A stretch of DNA of 64,000 nt from the NCBI GenBank assembly GCA_964503955.1, contig CAZDCG010000003.1:626-64625 (forward strand), given 5' to 3'. Within the stretch, counting starts at the first letter, position 1. The number at the start of each line of letters is the position of its first letter. This DNA is from an uncultured Gammaproteobacteria bacterium (GTDB taxonomy: Bacteria > Patescibacteriota > Patescibacteriia > VMEV01 > CAYQCH01). Below the pieces are notes generated by a model, which ran no database searches, had not been told where the DNA came from, and saw only the letters and a list, made by a program, of their open reading frames with translations. The position numbers and the translations under genes were made by a program. Positions 45,266 through 55,143 of this stretch are shown piece after piece.

Positions 45266-45293
45266 AGCCTCCTGACCATCAGGGGGCTTTTTG
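45266..45293 (+). terminator. Rho-independent terminator after the pilin array
   Basis: CCTCCTGA-CCA-TCAGGGGG followed by T5. Confidence 0.75.
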
Positions 45294-45386
45294 TTCTTTG
45301 TTAACGTGTTGATGGGTTGAGATTTGTGGGTGTTTATATCGAGAACCCCCTTTGTATGTTTTCTGATGCTTGATAGTAGATTCAAT

Positions 45387-45450
45387 CCCCCTTTTCTAGG
45401 GGGAGGAGAGAGTAACTTCCCCCTCTAGAAAAGAGGGGGCGAACTATTTT
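45387..45450. repeat. Palindromic repeat family copy 4 (CCCCCTTTTCTAGGGGG ... CCCCCTCTAGAAAAGAGGGGGCGAACTATTTT)
   Basis: Two hairpin modules plus the GAACTATTT tail shared with 13021..13034. Confidence 0.5.
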
Positions 45451-45497
45451 ACGAACAGGCATAAATATGGCGGGGAGTTCTGGGTGCGTTGCTTTAC

Positions 45498-46259
45498 CTA
45501 ACCCGCCTGATCAAAAGGACCGTTTTTTAAGCCAAGCGCTTTAGCCGCGTTTCCGCCCTGGCAGACGATTTCAAGAAATCGTTTATTGCCGATGCCCGAA
45601 CTTCCCGTAACAATGGCGCATTCGCCGTCAGGTACGTCTTTGAGGCGTTCATAATGCGGCAAGTCGATTGGCATTTCTTCTCCGTGCAGCAGAGATGTTT
45701 TTGCATTGCCAAAATTATCAATCCACCAGACGCCTGGTATTGGATCAGCAATCTCGCTGACCGGCATTGGCGTGGCGGGCAAATCAATGCCGTTTAACAG
45801 CCAGGCTGCAGCGCGCGGAGTGAATTGAAAACTGCGGAATTGGGTCTGGCTGATCTCATTTGCCAATTCAGCAGACAAGCTGCCGGATTCCGCAAGGCTG
45901 TTTACCACGGTTGGAATGTCAAAGACATGAATCGTATCGACCAGGCCAAGCTTTTTCACCAGGGACAGCGTCTGCCCGTCGATGCTTGTCACACAAAGCG
46001 TTTTGCCATGGAAAAAGTATCCAAACGGCGTTCCATTGGGCCATTTCTTTGCCTTGCCGTTTCGGGGTGCCACGTTCACAAGAACAACGCCTTTGCCGCC
46101 TTCAGCGGCGTCCAGCATATCGATGAGATTTCCCGCCGCTTCAAGATCCGTTTTCACGCCAACGGTCTGAACAGGGCAGCCAAGCAAAGCAGCTGCGCGG
46201 GTTGCCTGGCGCCCGAACGCGTTTTCATCCTTGCAATCATTGATAATGGTGCAAAACAT
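45498..46259 (-). CDS. SAM hydroxide adenosyltransferase-like (DUF62) protein, tentative
   Basis: C-terminal VTGSSGIGNKRFLEIVCQGGNAAKALGLKNG resembles the DUF62 C-domain. Weak. Confidence 0.4.
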   Translation of the reverse strand: MFCTIINDCKDENAFGRQATRAAALLGCPVQTVGVKTDLEAAGNLIDMLDAAEGGKGVVLVNVAPRNGKAKKWPNGTPFGYFFHGKTLCVTSIDGQTLSLVKKLGLVDTIHVFDIPTVVNSLAESGSLSAELANEISQTQFRSFQFTPRAAAWLLNGIDLPATPMPVSEIADPIPGVWWIDNFGNAKTSLLHGEEMPIDLPHYERLKDVPDGECAIVTGSSGIGNKRFLEIVCQGGNAAKALGLKNGPFDQAG

Positions 46260-46548
46260 AGAAATAAAAACAGCCGTTTTCGGCTGAGCTAATGATCAAA
46301 CGAGAGGATCACCAATCTCAACCGCAAAGCGGCCGGGACATCATTGTCATCATGTTGTATGAAAGCTTGTTCATAAGACGATCGGATCATACCAAGGCAA
46401 AAAGCTTTTGACAATGTGGAAATAGTTTTCTGCCAGAGACACTGGCGTATGATGATCAAACCTCATTGATGAAACAGCCGGATCAACTACCTCCAAAGGG
46501 TGCGCGATCCGGCCGCTGAACTGTTTCTGACGAATACAAAGGGAGATG

Positions 46549-48255
46549 CTACTTTTGTTTGAATTTTGTTTTTTTGCGGGCAGGTTTTTTAGACAATTGC
46601 GCGATCTGAACCATAGAGATAGGACAGCCAATTGACTGCAGCGCTTCATGCGTATGGTCAAAAACCTCGCCTGAGGCGGCTTTACGCTGATACCAGTTTT
46701 CCTGAGACAAAAGCGGCAGAATCAGCGGGCCGGGCGCGCTGATCAGCACGGTGATTTTGCGGTCTTCAAGCATTTGAACAATTTCCGCCAAATGATCCAG
46801 CCCGTCCACGTCAAGATAAAAGAGGCTGCGCAAGCTCAGAACAATGGTTTGAACCGAAGATGGAACCTGCCGCAACGTTTCAAGATGCGACTGCGCGTTG
46901 ATATAGGTCATCTGCCCCGAAAAGCGGTAGACCAGCAGATCGGCGCAACTTGATTCCAACTCTTCATTGGATAGGGGCGGAGTAAGGCGCGCGATGATTT
47001 CCTTGTTTTTGTTTAAGGTCAGTTCGCTTTGCGCGCGCGAAAGCTTTTTGACAAAGAACAGCAATGAAGCCGTTGAGCCGACGAGAATACCAATGATCGG
47101 GTCTTCCACCACGGTAATCAAGGCCACCAGCAGCGAGAGTCCAAAGGCCACGCGGTCGTATTTGAACAAATGCGCGAAATGCTGGGCTTCAATCATGCGC
47201 ACCGCCACATACACAAGAATTGCCGCCACAAAAGACAGGGGCAGATACTTAAAGCTTGTCAGCAAAAGCAAGGAGATCAGCCCGATCATGATGCTTGAGA
47301 CCATGGATGAAGTCCGGTGATTCGCGCCGCTTTTTACATTCAGGGCCGTGCGCGCAAGGGCTGCCGTGGCAGGAATGCCTCCTGCTAAACCGCTCGCCAT
47401 ATTAGCCATGCCAAGGCCGAACATTTCCTTGCGGGGTTGAAATTTCGTTTTCGTCATCCCATCGGCAATTTTTGCAGATAGCAGGGTTTCAATAATGGCG
47501 ATCAGAGCCACGGCCATTGCCGTGACAAAGAGCTGCTTGGAAAATCCAGACATGCTTAGAACAGGCATTTGCCAGAGATTTGCGGAAATATCGCCGAATT
47601 TTGTTGAAAGCGTCTGCAGGGTAAACGGCAGCGCGCCAATGGAAGACAAATATCCTAGCAGAATACCAACGGGAGCAAGCAGGATCGGGCCGGGGAATTT
47701 CGGCGCGATTTTCAGCCACACAAAGAGAAAGGTTGTGCTGAGCGCAAAAATAGCAAAGGTAACCGGGTCAATAGATCCAAGATGCCGCAGGGATTCAATC
47801 AGATTGGAGATGAATTTCTCATGCGACGGCAAGGCAGGCAGACCCAAGGCGAAATTGAGCTGTCCAAGCGCGATAATACAAGCCACGCCAAGGGTAAAGC
47901 CATGAATCACGCTTGAGGGGATAAAAATGATATAGCGTTCAAGCCGCAACAGGAAGCTGACAAAAATCATCGCCCCGCTGACAATCGCCAGCATAGGCAG
48001 GCTTTGCGCTCCATTGGTAATGGCATAGGCAGCCAGTATTCCGGACAATGCGCCGGTCGGCCCCACGATATTGTAATGGCTTCCTCCAAGAAAAGCGGCC
48101 ACAAGTCCCGCCCAGAAGGCGGTGATAATACCCATGGTCGGGGTGGCATTGGCCGCGATTGCCAGCGAGATGGAAAGAGGGATGGAGACCAGAGAAACAG
48201 TAAGTCCTGACTTCCAGTTCTGTTTCAATCTCGTGGCGATAGTATGTGCATGCAT
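46549..48255 (-). CDS. SulP family anion transporter with C-terminal STAS domain
   Basis: Multi-TM with the GPTGALSGI SulP signature, plus a STAS domain. Confidence 0.8.
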   Translation of the reverse strand: MHAHTIATRLKQNWKSGLTVSLVSIPLSISLAIAANATPTMGIITAFWAGLVAAFLGGSHYNIVGPTGALSGILAAYAITNGAQSLPMLAIVSGAMIFVSFLLRLERYIIFIPSSVIHGFTLGVACIIALGQLNFALGLPALPSHEKFISNLIESLRHLGSIDPVTFAIFALSTTFLFVWLKIAPKFPGPILLAPVGILLGYLSSIGALPFTLQTLSTKFGDISANLWQMPVLSMSGFSKQLFVTAMAVALIAIIETLLSAKIADGMTKTKFQPRKEMFGLGMANMASGLAGGIPATAALARTALNVKSGANHRTSSMVSSIMIGLISLLLLTSFKYLPLSFVAAILVYVAVRMIEAQHFAHLFKYDRVAFGLSLLVALITVVEDPIIGILVGSTASLLFFVKKLSRAQSELTLNKNKEIIARLTPPLSNEELESSCADLLVYRFSGQMTYINAQSHLETLRQVPSSVQTIVLSLRSLFYLDVDGLDHLAEIVQMLEDRKITVLISAPGPLILPLLSQENWYQRKAASGEVFDHTHEALQSIGCPISMVQIAQLSKKPARKKTKFKQK

Positions 48256-48378
48256 AAAAAAAGAAACGCGAGGGCGTATGCCTTGCGCTTCAGAAAAGTA
48301 AATTGTACGAGACGAGATTGTGAAGCAAGCTTAGCGCAAGGTTGGGAAAAAGGGAAGAGAGGATTCTGCAGACCTAAA

Positions 48379-48897
48379 TCAAACAACCACGATGTCTGTT
48401 GGGTCGATTTGAACGGGAGCCTTTACAAGGACGTGGGCAACAAAGGGAAAGAGAAGCGGTCTCAGTCTCTTTACATAGGCTTCTTTGTAGTAAACTTTTG
48501 TGCGTTCAGGAAGAATCGCGGCCTGTGCAAGGGTTGTGGCATCCAGCGGCACAATTTCCTCTTCATCGATGTGATCCTGTTCTTCTTTGTAAAGATAGAT
48601 CATTGAAGACTCAGGCAATGTGGAGGGATCAATCTCAAAGAACCGCATCTCAGGAGGATTGCCACCGGCTACAATCAGCGCCTGCTTGATGACCCGCGGA
48701 TCAATCGCGGTAAAGTGTAAAACATCATTCCATTTACAATTCAGTTTTGGAATGAATTGTTCCATGACCTCTTTACGCCCTTCATATTTAGAAATCTCTT
48801 CACGATAAAGATCAGGATACAAATCCTTCAGCTGATTAAGCGGGTAAAGCGTATCTCCCCGCATGTTATCGGGGACGAGATGGAAGATGTGGGGCAT
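48379..48897 (-). CDS. Hypothetical protein
   Basis: ORF only. Confidence 0.4.
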   Translation of the reverse strand: MPHIFHLVPDNMRGDTLYPLNQLKDLYPDLYREEISKYEGRKEVMEQFIPKLNCKWNDVLHFTAIDPRVIKQALIVAGGNPPEMRFFEIDPSTLPESSMIYLYKEEQDHIDEEEIVPLDATTLAQAAILPERTKVYYKEAYVKRLRPLLFPFVAHVLVKAPVQIDPTDIVVV

Positions 48898-48954
48898 AGG
48901 GTAGAACCTGGTTTAGATCTAGATGTGGATTTAGAAACGAGAGATAGATTTCCA

Positions 48955-48986
48955 TAAAAAACTCCAGCATCTGCTGGAGTTTTTTA
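48955..48986. terminator. Bidirectional terminator hairpin 3' of tRNA-Ala
   Basis: A5-CTCCAGCA-TCT-GCTGGAG-T6. Confidence 0.75.
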
Positions 48987-49063
48987 TGGTGGACCTGAGG
49001 GGACTTGAACCCCTGGCCTCTTCCATGCCATGGAAGCGCTCTAGCCAACTGAGCTACAGGCCC
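48987..49063 (-). tRNA. tRNA-Ala (anticodon GGC), CCA encoded
   Basis: Manual fold: GGGCCTG acceptor with G3:U70, anticodon arm CTTCC-ATGGCAT-GGAAG, T-arm GGGGTTCAAGTCCCC, ACCA 3' end. Confidence 0.85.
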
Positions 49064-49088
49064 ATGGTGCGGGGCTTGCACAACTCAG

Positions 49089-49160
49089 TGGGGCTAGATG
49101 GATTCGAACCATCGCCTTCCATGTTATAAGCATGGTGCTCTACCGCTGAGCTATAGCCCC
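49089..49160 (-). tRNA. tRNA-Ile with UAU anticodon (no encoded CCA)
   Basis: Manual fold: acceptor GGGGCTA/TAGCCCC, anticodon arm CCATG-CTTATAA-CATGG (U33, UAU, A37), T-arm GATGGTTCGAATCCATC, A73. Confidence 0.75.
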
Positions 49161-49238
49161 ATTGAATTGTTCAAGCTGAAAAACAAAACTTGCCTGATGG
49201 CAAGAATCTGTGGGCAAGATCATCTTAAGGGAATAAAG

Positions 49239-50447
49239 CTACTTTTTCAAGACAGAATAGAGGCGGTCTTTGACGGTCTTTACCACGGTTTCTTCAGCCT
49301 GCGAGAGGCTTATATTGCGCAAAATAGCTAAGGCACGGCGTTCACTGCCCACCGGCTGCCAGTCTTTAAGCAAGTCTTTGGCATTAAGCGGCGGCGTGGT
49401 TTGCGCTTCAAGCTCCACGGTATTTTTTTCTTCGCCATCCATGAAGATGAGTACGGTTCTAGCTTCCGGGCTATGGCTGAGAATTTCATCCATCAGGTCA
49501 TTGACTTCGCGCTTGGTTGTGCCTGTGCTTTCAAAAACGGATTTAGGAATCAGGCTCCAGGCGAGCGCGTGTTCGCGGTCGGCCTGAAGATGGTCAAGCG
49601 CGTAGCCCCACAATCGCAAAAGTCCCACGCTTTTCGTGCGATACAAATGATTGACCAGCTGTTCATGTTCGGCGCCTGCCTGCAGCAGATTGCTGACAAT
49701 GGCCAGCGTCTCCGAGCTCAGATTCTTGGAACGGAATGCATGCGTTGCGTCCATGATGCCGGCCAGAAGAAGAGTCGCAAGCCGTTTTGACGGTGTCGTG
49801 TCTTTATAAAACAAGTTGTACAGCATTTGCGAAGTGGATGAAGAAGTCAGCTCAATCCAGTTCAAATGTCCATACTGTTCATTCTCAGCCCGGTGATCGA
49901 TATTGACCAGCGGGATCTGTTCAAAAAATTCTTTGTGCTCTTTGGCCATTTCTCCAAGCGCGGCGAGTTCAACTGCGTTGATGGCAATAATCAGGTCGAA
50001 TTGATACGGTCCGCTTTCAAAACGAAACGCGTTTGGCATGAGAGCCTTGTCTTTTGGCGTGAGCACAACGCGCAATACGTCGTCGTGCTTTTGATAGCTC
50101 AAATCGGCGACAGGGAATTGTTTTGTGTCGATCTCAATGAAGGTTTGCTTTTTCAAATTGAGCTTTGATTCAACAACGGTATCTTCAAGCAGGAAAGCAA
50201 GTTTGTCATTCATTTGAAATTGTTCGGAAACAATTTGCGCCTGCTTATTTTTTTCCTGGCACCAATGCTGCAAGACCATCGCGCTGGCAAGTGCGTCGAT
50301 GGATGGCGTCTGAGGCAAAACAATCGCGATGGATGTGCGTTCCTCAAGCAGCTGCAAAATTTGTTGCTGAATCGGTTTTGCCATAGAAAGAAAAAACCCG
50401 CTCTGGCAAAGACCAATAGGGTATAGACTTTTTAGAGCCATAGACAT
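49239..50447 (-). CDS. DHH-family phosphoesterase-like protein (NrnA-like) with variant DHR motif
   Basis: VNIDHRAENEQYG sits where NrnA has DHH. DHHA1-like C-terminus. Tentative. Confidence 0.4.
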   Translation of the reverse strand: MSMALKSLYPIGLCQSGFFLSMAKPIQQQILQLLEERTSIAIVLPQTPSIDALASAMVLQHWCQEKNKQAQIVSEQFQMNDKLAFLLEDTVVESKLNLKKQTFIEIDTKQFPVADLSYQKHDDVLRVVLTPKDKALMPNAFRFESGPYQFDLIIAINAVELAALGEMAKEHKEFFEQIPLVNIDHRAENEQYGHLNWIELTSSSTSQMLYNLFYKDTTPSKRLATLLLAGIMDATHAFRSKNLSSETLAIVSNLLQAGAEHEQLVNHLYRTKSVGLLRLWGYALDHLQADREHALAWSLIPKSVFESTGTTKREVNDLMDEILSHSPEARTVLIFMDGEEKNTVELEAQTTPPLNAKDLLKDWQPVGSERRALAILRNISLSQAEETVVKTVKDRLYSVLKK

Positions 50448-50742
50448 ATTCGCGTCAGCGCTTGTCTATTGATCTATGAATTCCGAGAAGTCTATTGGTC
50501 TTCTCTTGGCGGCAGAGGGAATCTAAATGATCTTATGTTTCTCTCGCCAAGCATGCGGATTCTTAGAGAATCAAATCAATATAGGCCCGATTTCATTGGC
50601 TGTCAAGCCTTTCCTGGTTGATTGTCAGGCAGTAGTGACATGTATTTGAAAATTGGCTGTGTTCAGGTCAAAAGCCCTGTTAGGAGTAAATAGCAAACAG
50701 CGGGGTACAGACGCGTGGAACGTCCATACCCCGCCATGCGGG

Positions 50743-52146
50743 TTACCGCTCGAGCATGAGCAGTTGGCTTGGAAGCGGCCGAGCCGGCGACCTTGCACCC
50801 ATTGGGATTCTGAGAGGTTCGCGGTGAAGCGGCCCCTCAAGATCGATGAGAACGAGTTCGTCAGCCAGGTTGCGGCCTTGCGATCTCGTATCCCAGGCGA
50901 TCCAGCTTGGTCCGGCTGCCAGGCCATTGCTGATGGCCGATGCTTCAAACGAATGGAATCCGTTTTCCGCGGCCACGATCAGCCGTGAAGCAAGGCTAGC
51001 GTCGGCTTGCGTCGCTTGCACGGTGAAGGCGAAGAGGCCTCTGCCTCGCGTGAGAGGAACAGCCTGCCGGACTTCGAGCTGAGTTCCCCCTGCTTCAAAG
51101 AATCGGCTGAGGTCCAGGCTTGATTCCTGCTTTGCTTCGTCCAGGTTGAATCTACGCATGAACGGATCGTCCCAGAAGAAGAGCGAGGCAATGCGCTTGC
51201 CGTCTTCTTCATGAACGAAGGCCTGTCCGATGCCGGCACTCGCTGGAGCCGGATCACAGAACAAGACGCGGGTTCCTTCGTAGAGCAGGGTTTGATTCGC
51301 CCGCACACGAAAGAAACTCACGCTGGGTTTGCCATCAGCGGTCATGCCAAAGGCAAAGAGGCGCGCCTCGTCATGCTCTTGCTGTACGGCCAGGCTCTGC
51401 ACGAAGAGCTGGTTTCTCAGACGCGTATGTCCCTGGCTCTGTCCGTTCGTGCCGAGGAGGTAGACGCCGGCCGGATCGACACTGCCGAAAGCGGCGCCAA
51501 GAACCGTACCTTGAGCGTCCTTGACGGCGATCAACGGCGTAAGCGAAGCCCGTCCAAGCTGAGACGCGTGAAACGTGCTGGCCGTTGATCCGCTTTTGAC
51601 GATGGTATGGATCCAGCCCTCAAGCGTTGAGCGAGCCCTGACATAGAACATGTCGCGGTTCAGGTTCAGTACCTCAGTCACATGAGAGCCGTCGTGAATT
51701 GGCGTTTCCTTTAGCGCTCCGTCCGCTTGGAGCGGGGAGTACTGGACCAGCGATTGCTGGTTGCTCGCAAGATCCATCACGTACCAGTACGCCGAAGGAA
51801 AATCCGGCGCTCCGGCCAGTCCCATGGTGGTGAACCGCCTGCCGCTCGCGCGCTGCATCAGCGTGCTTGAGGGGGTCACCGAGATCCGGCCGTTAAGCTC
51901 CCGCTTGATCCCGTAGTTGATCAGCTGGCCGATCCCGCCCGCTTGCTCGTAGGGGATAAGCACGTAGGCATCTGCTTCCAGAGGCGGGGCGGACTGAGTG
52001 CGGGGACCCGTTTGCGAAGCAACGGCGGCCGGAGCGCTCGGTACGATCTTGGAGGGCGGATTTGAGATACGCACGCCCAGGGCAAAGAGAGCGGCAACGA
52101 TGAGAACCAGCAGCAGGGAACAGCCATAGAACATGCGGTCCGTCAT
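50743..52146 (-). CDS. Membrane-anchored hypothetical protein (GC-rich)
   Basis: N-terminal TM LLLVLIVAALFALGV. 467 aa. Confidence 0.45.
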   Translation of the reverse strand: MTDRMFYGCSLLLVLIVAALFALGVRISNPPSKIVPSAPAAVASQTGPRTQSAPPLEADAYVLIPYEQAGGIGQLINYGIKRELNGRISVTPSSTLMQRASGRRFTTMGLAGAPDFPSAYWYVMDLASNQQSLVQYSPLQADGALKETPIHDGSHVTEVLNLNRDMFYVRARSTLEGWIHTIVKSGSTASTFHASQLGRASLTPLIAVKDAQGTVLGAAFGSVDPAGVYLLGTNGQSQGHTRLRNQLFVQSLAVQQEHDEARLFAFGMTADGKPSVSFFRVRANQTLLYEGTRVLFCDPAPASAGIGQAFVHEEDGKRIASLFFWDDPFMRRFNLDEAKQESSLDLSRFFEAGGTQLEVRQAVPLTRGRGLFAFTVQATQADASLASRLIVAAENGFHSFEASAISNGLAAGPSWIAWDTRSQGRNLADELVLIDLEGPLHREPLRIPMGARSPARPLPSQLLMLER

Positions 52147-52368
52147 GCCAAACTCCTATTTTGAAGGTTCGTAATGCTTTTAGAAAAAGCGGCGGAACCA
52201 TACCGAAAAAACCAGATTTTGTCTAGCATTTGATTGTCATAACCCCTTGTTTTTGATAGGTTTAGGACGTATCGGAGTTTATCGAATTCCGGGCCGAAGG
52301 TGACGGGAAAAAGCCTGAAAACCTTCGCTCGTTGTTGTCTTTCCCCAATCGGGGCCTTTTTTTCTGCT

Positions 52369-55008
52369 ATGGAATTGCCAAAAACCTACGACGCAAAACA
52401 ATTTGAAGACAGGATTTATAAAGAATGGGAAGAGAAAAAACTCTTCAAGCCTGAAGTGCATCCAGATGGCAAACCGTTCAGCATTGTCCTGCCTCCGCCA
52501 AATGCCACGGGGACTTTGCATGTAGGGCATGCCACCATGCTTGCGATTCAGGATTTGATGATCCGCCAGCACCGCATGATGGGGGACGCTGCTTTATGGT
52601 TGCCCGGCACTGATCACGCGGCTATTGCCACGCAATCCAAAGTCGAGGGCATTCTCAAAAAAGAAGAAGGAAAGTCTCGCCATGATCTTGGCCGCGAAGC
52701 ATTCCTTGAGCGCGTCAAAGCATTCGTGGCGGATTCACAAGACACCATCCGCAATCAAATGCGCAAAATAGGATCAAGCGTGGACTGGGACCGCGAGGCC
52801 TATACCATGGATGAAGTCCGCAATAAGGCGGTGCGCGAAGTATTCGTCAAAATGTACAATGACGATTTGATCTATCGCGGGCATCGCATCGTCAACTGGG
52901 ATCCGATCGGCCAGACAACCGTGGCCGATGACGAAATCGAGTACAGCGAAGAGAAAGCAAAGTTCTATACCTTCAAGTATGGTCCTTTTGAAATCGGCAC
53001 CGCGCGCCCTGAAACAAAGTTCGGCGACAAATACGTCGTCATGCATCCAAACGATGAGCGCTACAAAGCATATCAGCATGGACAGCAAATCGAAGTGGAA
53101 TGGATCAACGGTCCGATCACGGCGACCATCATCAAAGATGAAGCGGCCGATCCTGAATTTGGAACCGGAGTCATGACCATTACGCCTTGGCATAGTGTCA
53201 TCGACTTTGAAATTGCCGAGCGGCACAATCTTGATAAAGAACAGATCATTGATTTGAATGGCAGGCTCTTGCCGATCGCGCAGGAATTTGCCGGTATGAG
53301 CATTGATGAAGCGCGCGATGAAATTGTTGAAAAGCTTGAAAAGAAAGGCTTGCTGATCAGCATTGATGAAGACTACAAGCATAATGTCGCGCGCGGCGAC
53401 CGCTTTAAGGGAATCATCGAGCCGCAAATCATGGAACAGTGGTTTGTGAATGTCAAAAAAGAAGCGATCCAGTACAAAGGAGAAACACATTCCTTGCGTT
53501 CGATGATGCAGGACATGGTACGTTCCGGTGATGTGAAAATCATTCCTGAGCGTTTTGAAAAAACCTATTTCCACTGGGTTGATAATTTGCGCGACTGGTG
53601 CATCAGCCGCCAGCTTTGGTGGGGGCACAGAATTCCTGTTTGGTACAAAGACAAAACTGAAAATCTGAAAAGCTCAAAAACTGAAAAAGACATGTATGTC
53701 GGTGTTGTGCCTCCTGAAGGAGAGAGTTGGACACAAGACCCGGACACGCTCGATACCTGGTTTTCTTCCGCACTTTGGACCTGGTCAACCTTGCTTGATC
53801 CGGAGAAAAAAGATTTGTCTCTTGATGCGTGGTTGAAACAAAGCCCGGACCTTCGTTTCCATCCTACCAATGTCATGGAAACAGGATATGACATTCTCTT
53901 TTTCTGGGTGGCACGCATGATTCTGATGACCGGTTACGTTCTTGGCGAGCGTCCATTTGAGCATGTCTACCTCCATGGTCTTGTTCGCGACGAAAAGGGG
54001 AGAAAGATGTCCAAATCGCTTGGCAATATCATCGATCCGCTGGACATGATCGACAAATACGGAGCCGATGCGGTTCGTCTCAGCCTTGTTATTGGCACGA
54101 CACCGGGCAATGATACGCGCCTGAACGAAGAAAAAATTGCAAGCTATCGCAATTTCGTGAATAAGCTTTGGAACATCGCGCGCTTTATTCTCATGCAGGT
54201 CAAGGAACCACGCTTGGTGCATGACGCGCCGCAGCCAAAAACCTTGTCTGACAAATGGATTTTATCCCGCTTCCAGCAGCTGATCGCGTCAACCAATCAT
54301 CATATCGAGCAATTTCGATTCTCGCCCGCTGGGGAAAATCTCTACGCGTTTACCTGGTCTGAACTGGCAGACTGGTATGTTGAAGATGCCAAAGTCGAAG
54401 GCGAAAAAGATGAGATTTTGTTGTACATGCTGACAAATCTCCTCAAACTCTGGCATCCATATATGCCGTATATCACCGAAGTTCTCTATAAGCAGATTGG
54501 CGGGGAAGAGCGGCATCTTATTACGGCAAAATGGCCGGAAGTACAGAGCGGCTTGATTGATGAAGCTGCCGAAAAAGAATATGGTCTGTATAAAGAAATC
54601 TTGACGGCCGTTCGAAATGCGCATGCCGAGTTTAAGATCCAGTTCTCCACGGAATTGCAGGTGAGCCTGAAGGGGGCGGCGGATATGAATATCGAACTTT
54701 TGACCAAGCGAGGCAAGCTTGCCGTCATTGAACAGGGAACAGGCAAGGCTGTGACTTATCATCTTTCAGGAGGCGCGCAGCTGATCCTGTATGTGGAAGG
54801 CCTGATCGACTTTGCCAAAGAAGTGGAACGGCTCAAGAAAGAACTTGCCGGCGTTGAAAAGTACATGGCAGGCCTTGAAAAGAAATTGAGTAATAAAGAA
54901 TTTACCAAAAACGCGCCCGAAGAGATTGTCTCCGCCGAACGTGCTAGACTGGAAGAAGCGAAAATGAAGTCTGAATCAATCAAGCAACAGATAACGGCAT
55001 TGTCATAA
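52369..55008 (+). CDS. valS: Valyl-tRNA synthetase
   Basis: HIGH motif PPPNATGTLHVGHA, KMSKS motif KMSKSLGN, C-terminal coiled coil. Confidence 0.9.
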   Translation: MELPKTYDAKQFEDRIYKEWEEKKLFKPEVHPDGKPFSIVLPPPNATGTLHVGHATMLAIQDLMIRQHRMMGDAALWLPGTDHAAIATQSKVEGILKKEEGKSRHDLGREAFLERVKAFVADSQDTIRNQMRKIGSSVDWDREAYTMDEVRNKAVREVFVKMYNDDLIYRGHRIVNWDPIGQTTVADDEIEYSEEKAKFYTFKYGPFEIGTARPETKFGDKYVVMHPNDERYKAYQHGQQIEVEWINGPITATIIKDEAADPEFGTGVMTITPWHSVIDFEIAERHNLDKEQIIDLNGRLLPIAQEFAGMSIDEARDEIVEKLEKKGLLISIDEDYKHNVARGDRFKGIIEPQIMEQWFVNVKKEAIQYKGETHSLRSMMQDMVRSGDVKIIPERFEKTYFHWVDNLRDWCISRQLWWGHRIPVWYKDKTENLKSSKTEKDMYVGVVPPEGESWTQDPDTLDTWFSSALWTWSTLLDPEKKDLSLDAWLKQSPDLRFHPTNVMETGYDILFFWVARMILMTGYVLGERPFEHVYLHGLVRDEKGRKMSKSLGNIIDPLDMIDKYGADAVRLSLVIGTTPGNDTRLNEEKIASYRNFVNKLWNIARFILMQVKEPRLVHDAPQPKTLSDKWILSRFQQLIASTNHHIEQFRFSPAGENLYAFTWSELADWYVEDAKVEGEKDEILLYMLTNLLKLWHPYMPYITEVLYKQIGGEERHLITAKWPEVQSGLIDEAAEKEYGLYKEILTAVRNAHAEFKIQFSTELQVSLKGAADMNIELLTKRGKLAVIEQGTGKAVTYHLSGGAQLILYVEGLIDFAKEVERLKKELAGVEKYMAGLEKKLSNKEFTKNAPEEIVSAERARLEEAKMKSESIKQQITALS

Positions 55009-55143
55009 GATTCGTCATCCCGAGCGTCAGCCGAGGGATCTCATACCTAGAGACGGGGCATGTAGAGAGCGTTTTTTGCGAGAGAAGAGATCCCGCCGCT
55101 CCGCTGGCCCCCCGATCGGGATGACAGAACACAGAAACATTAT

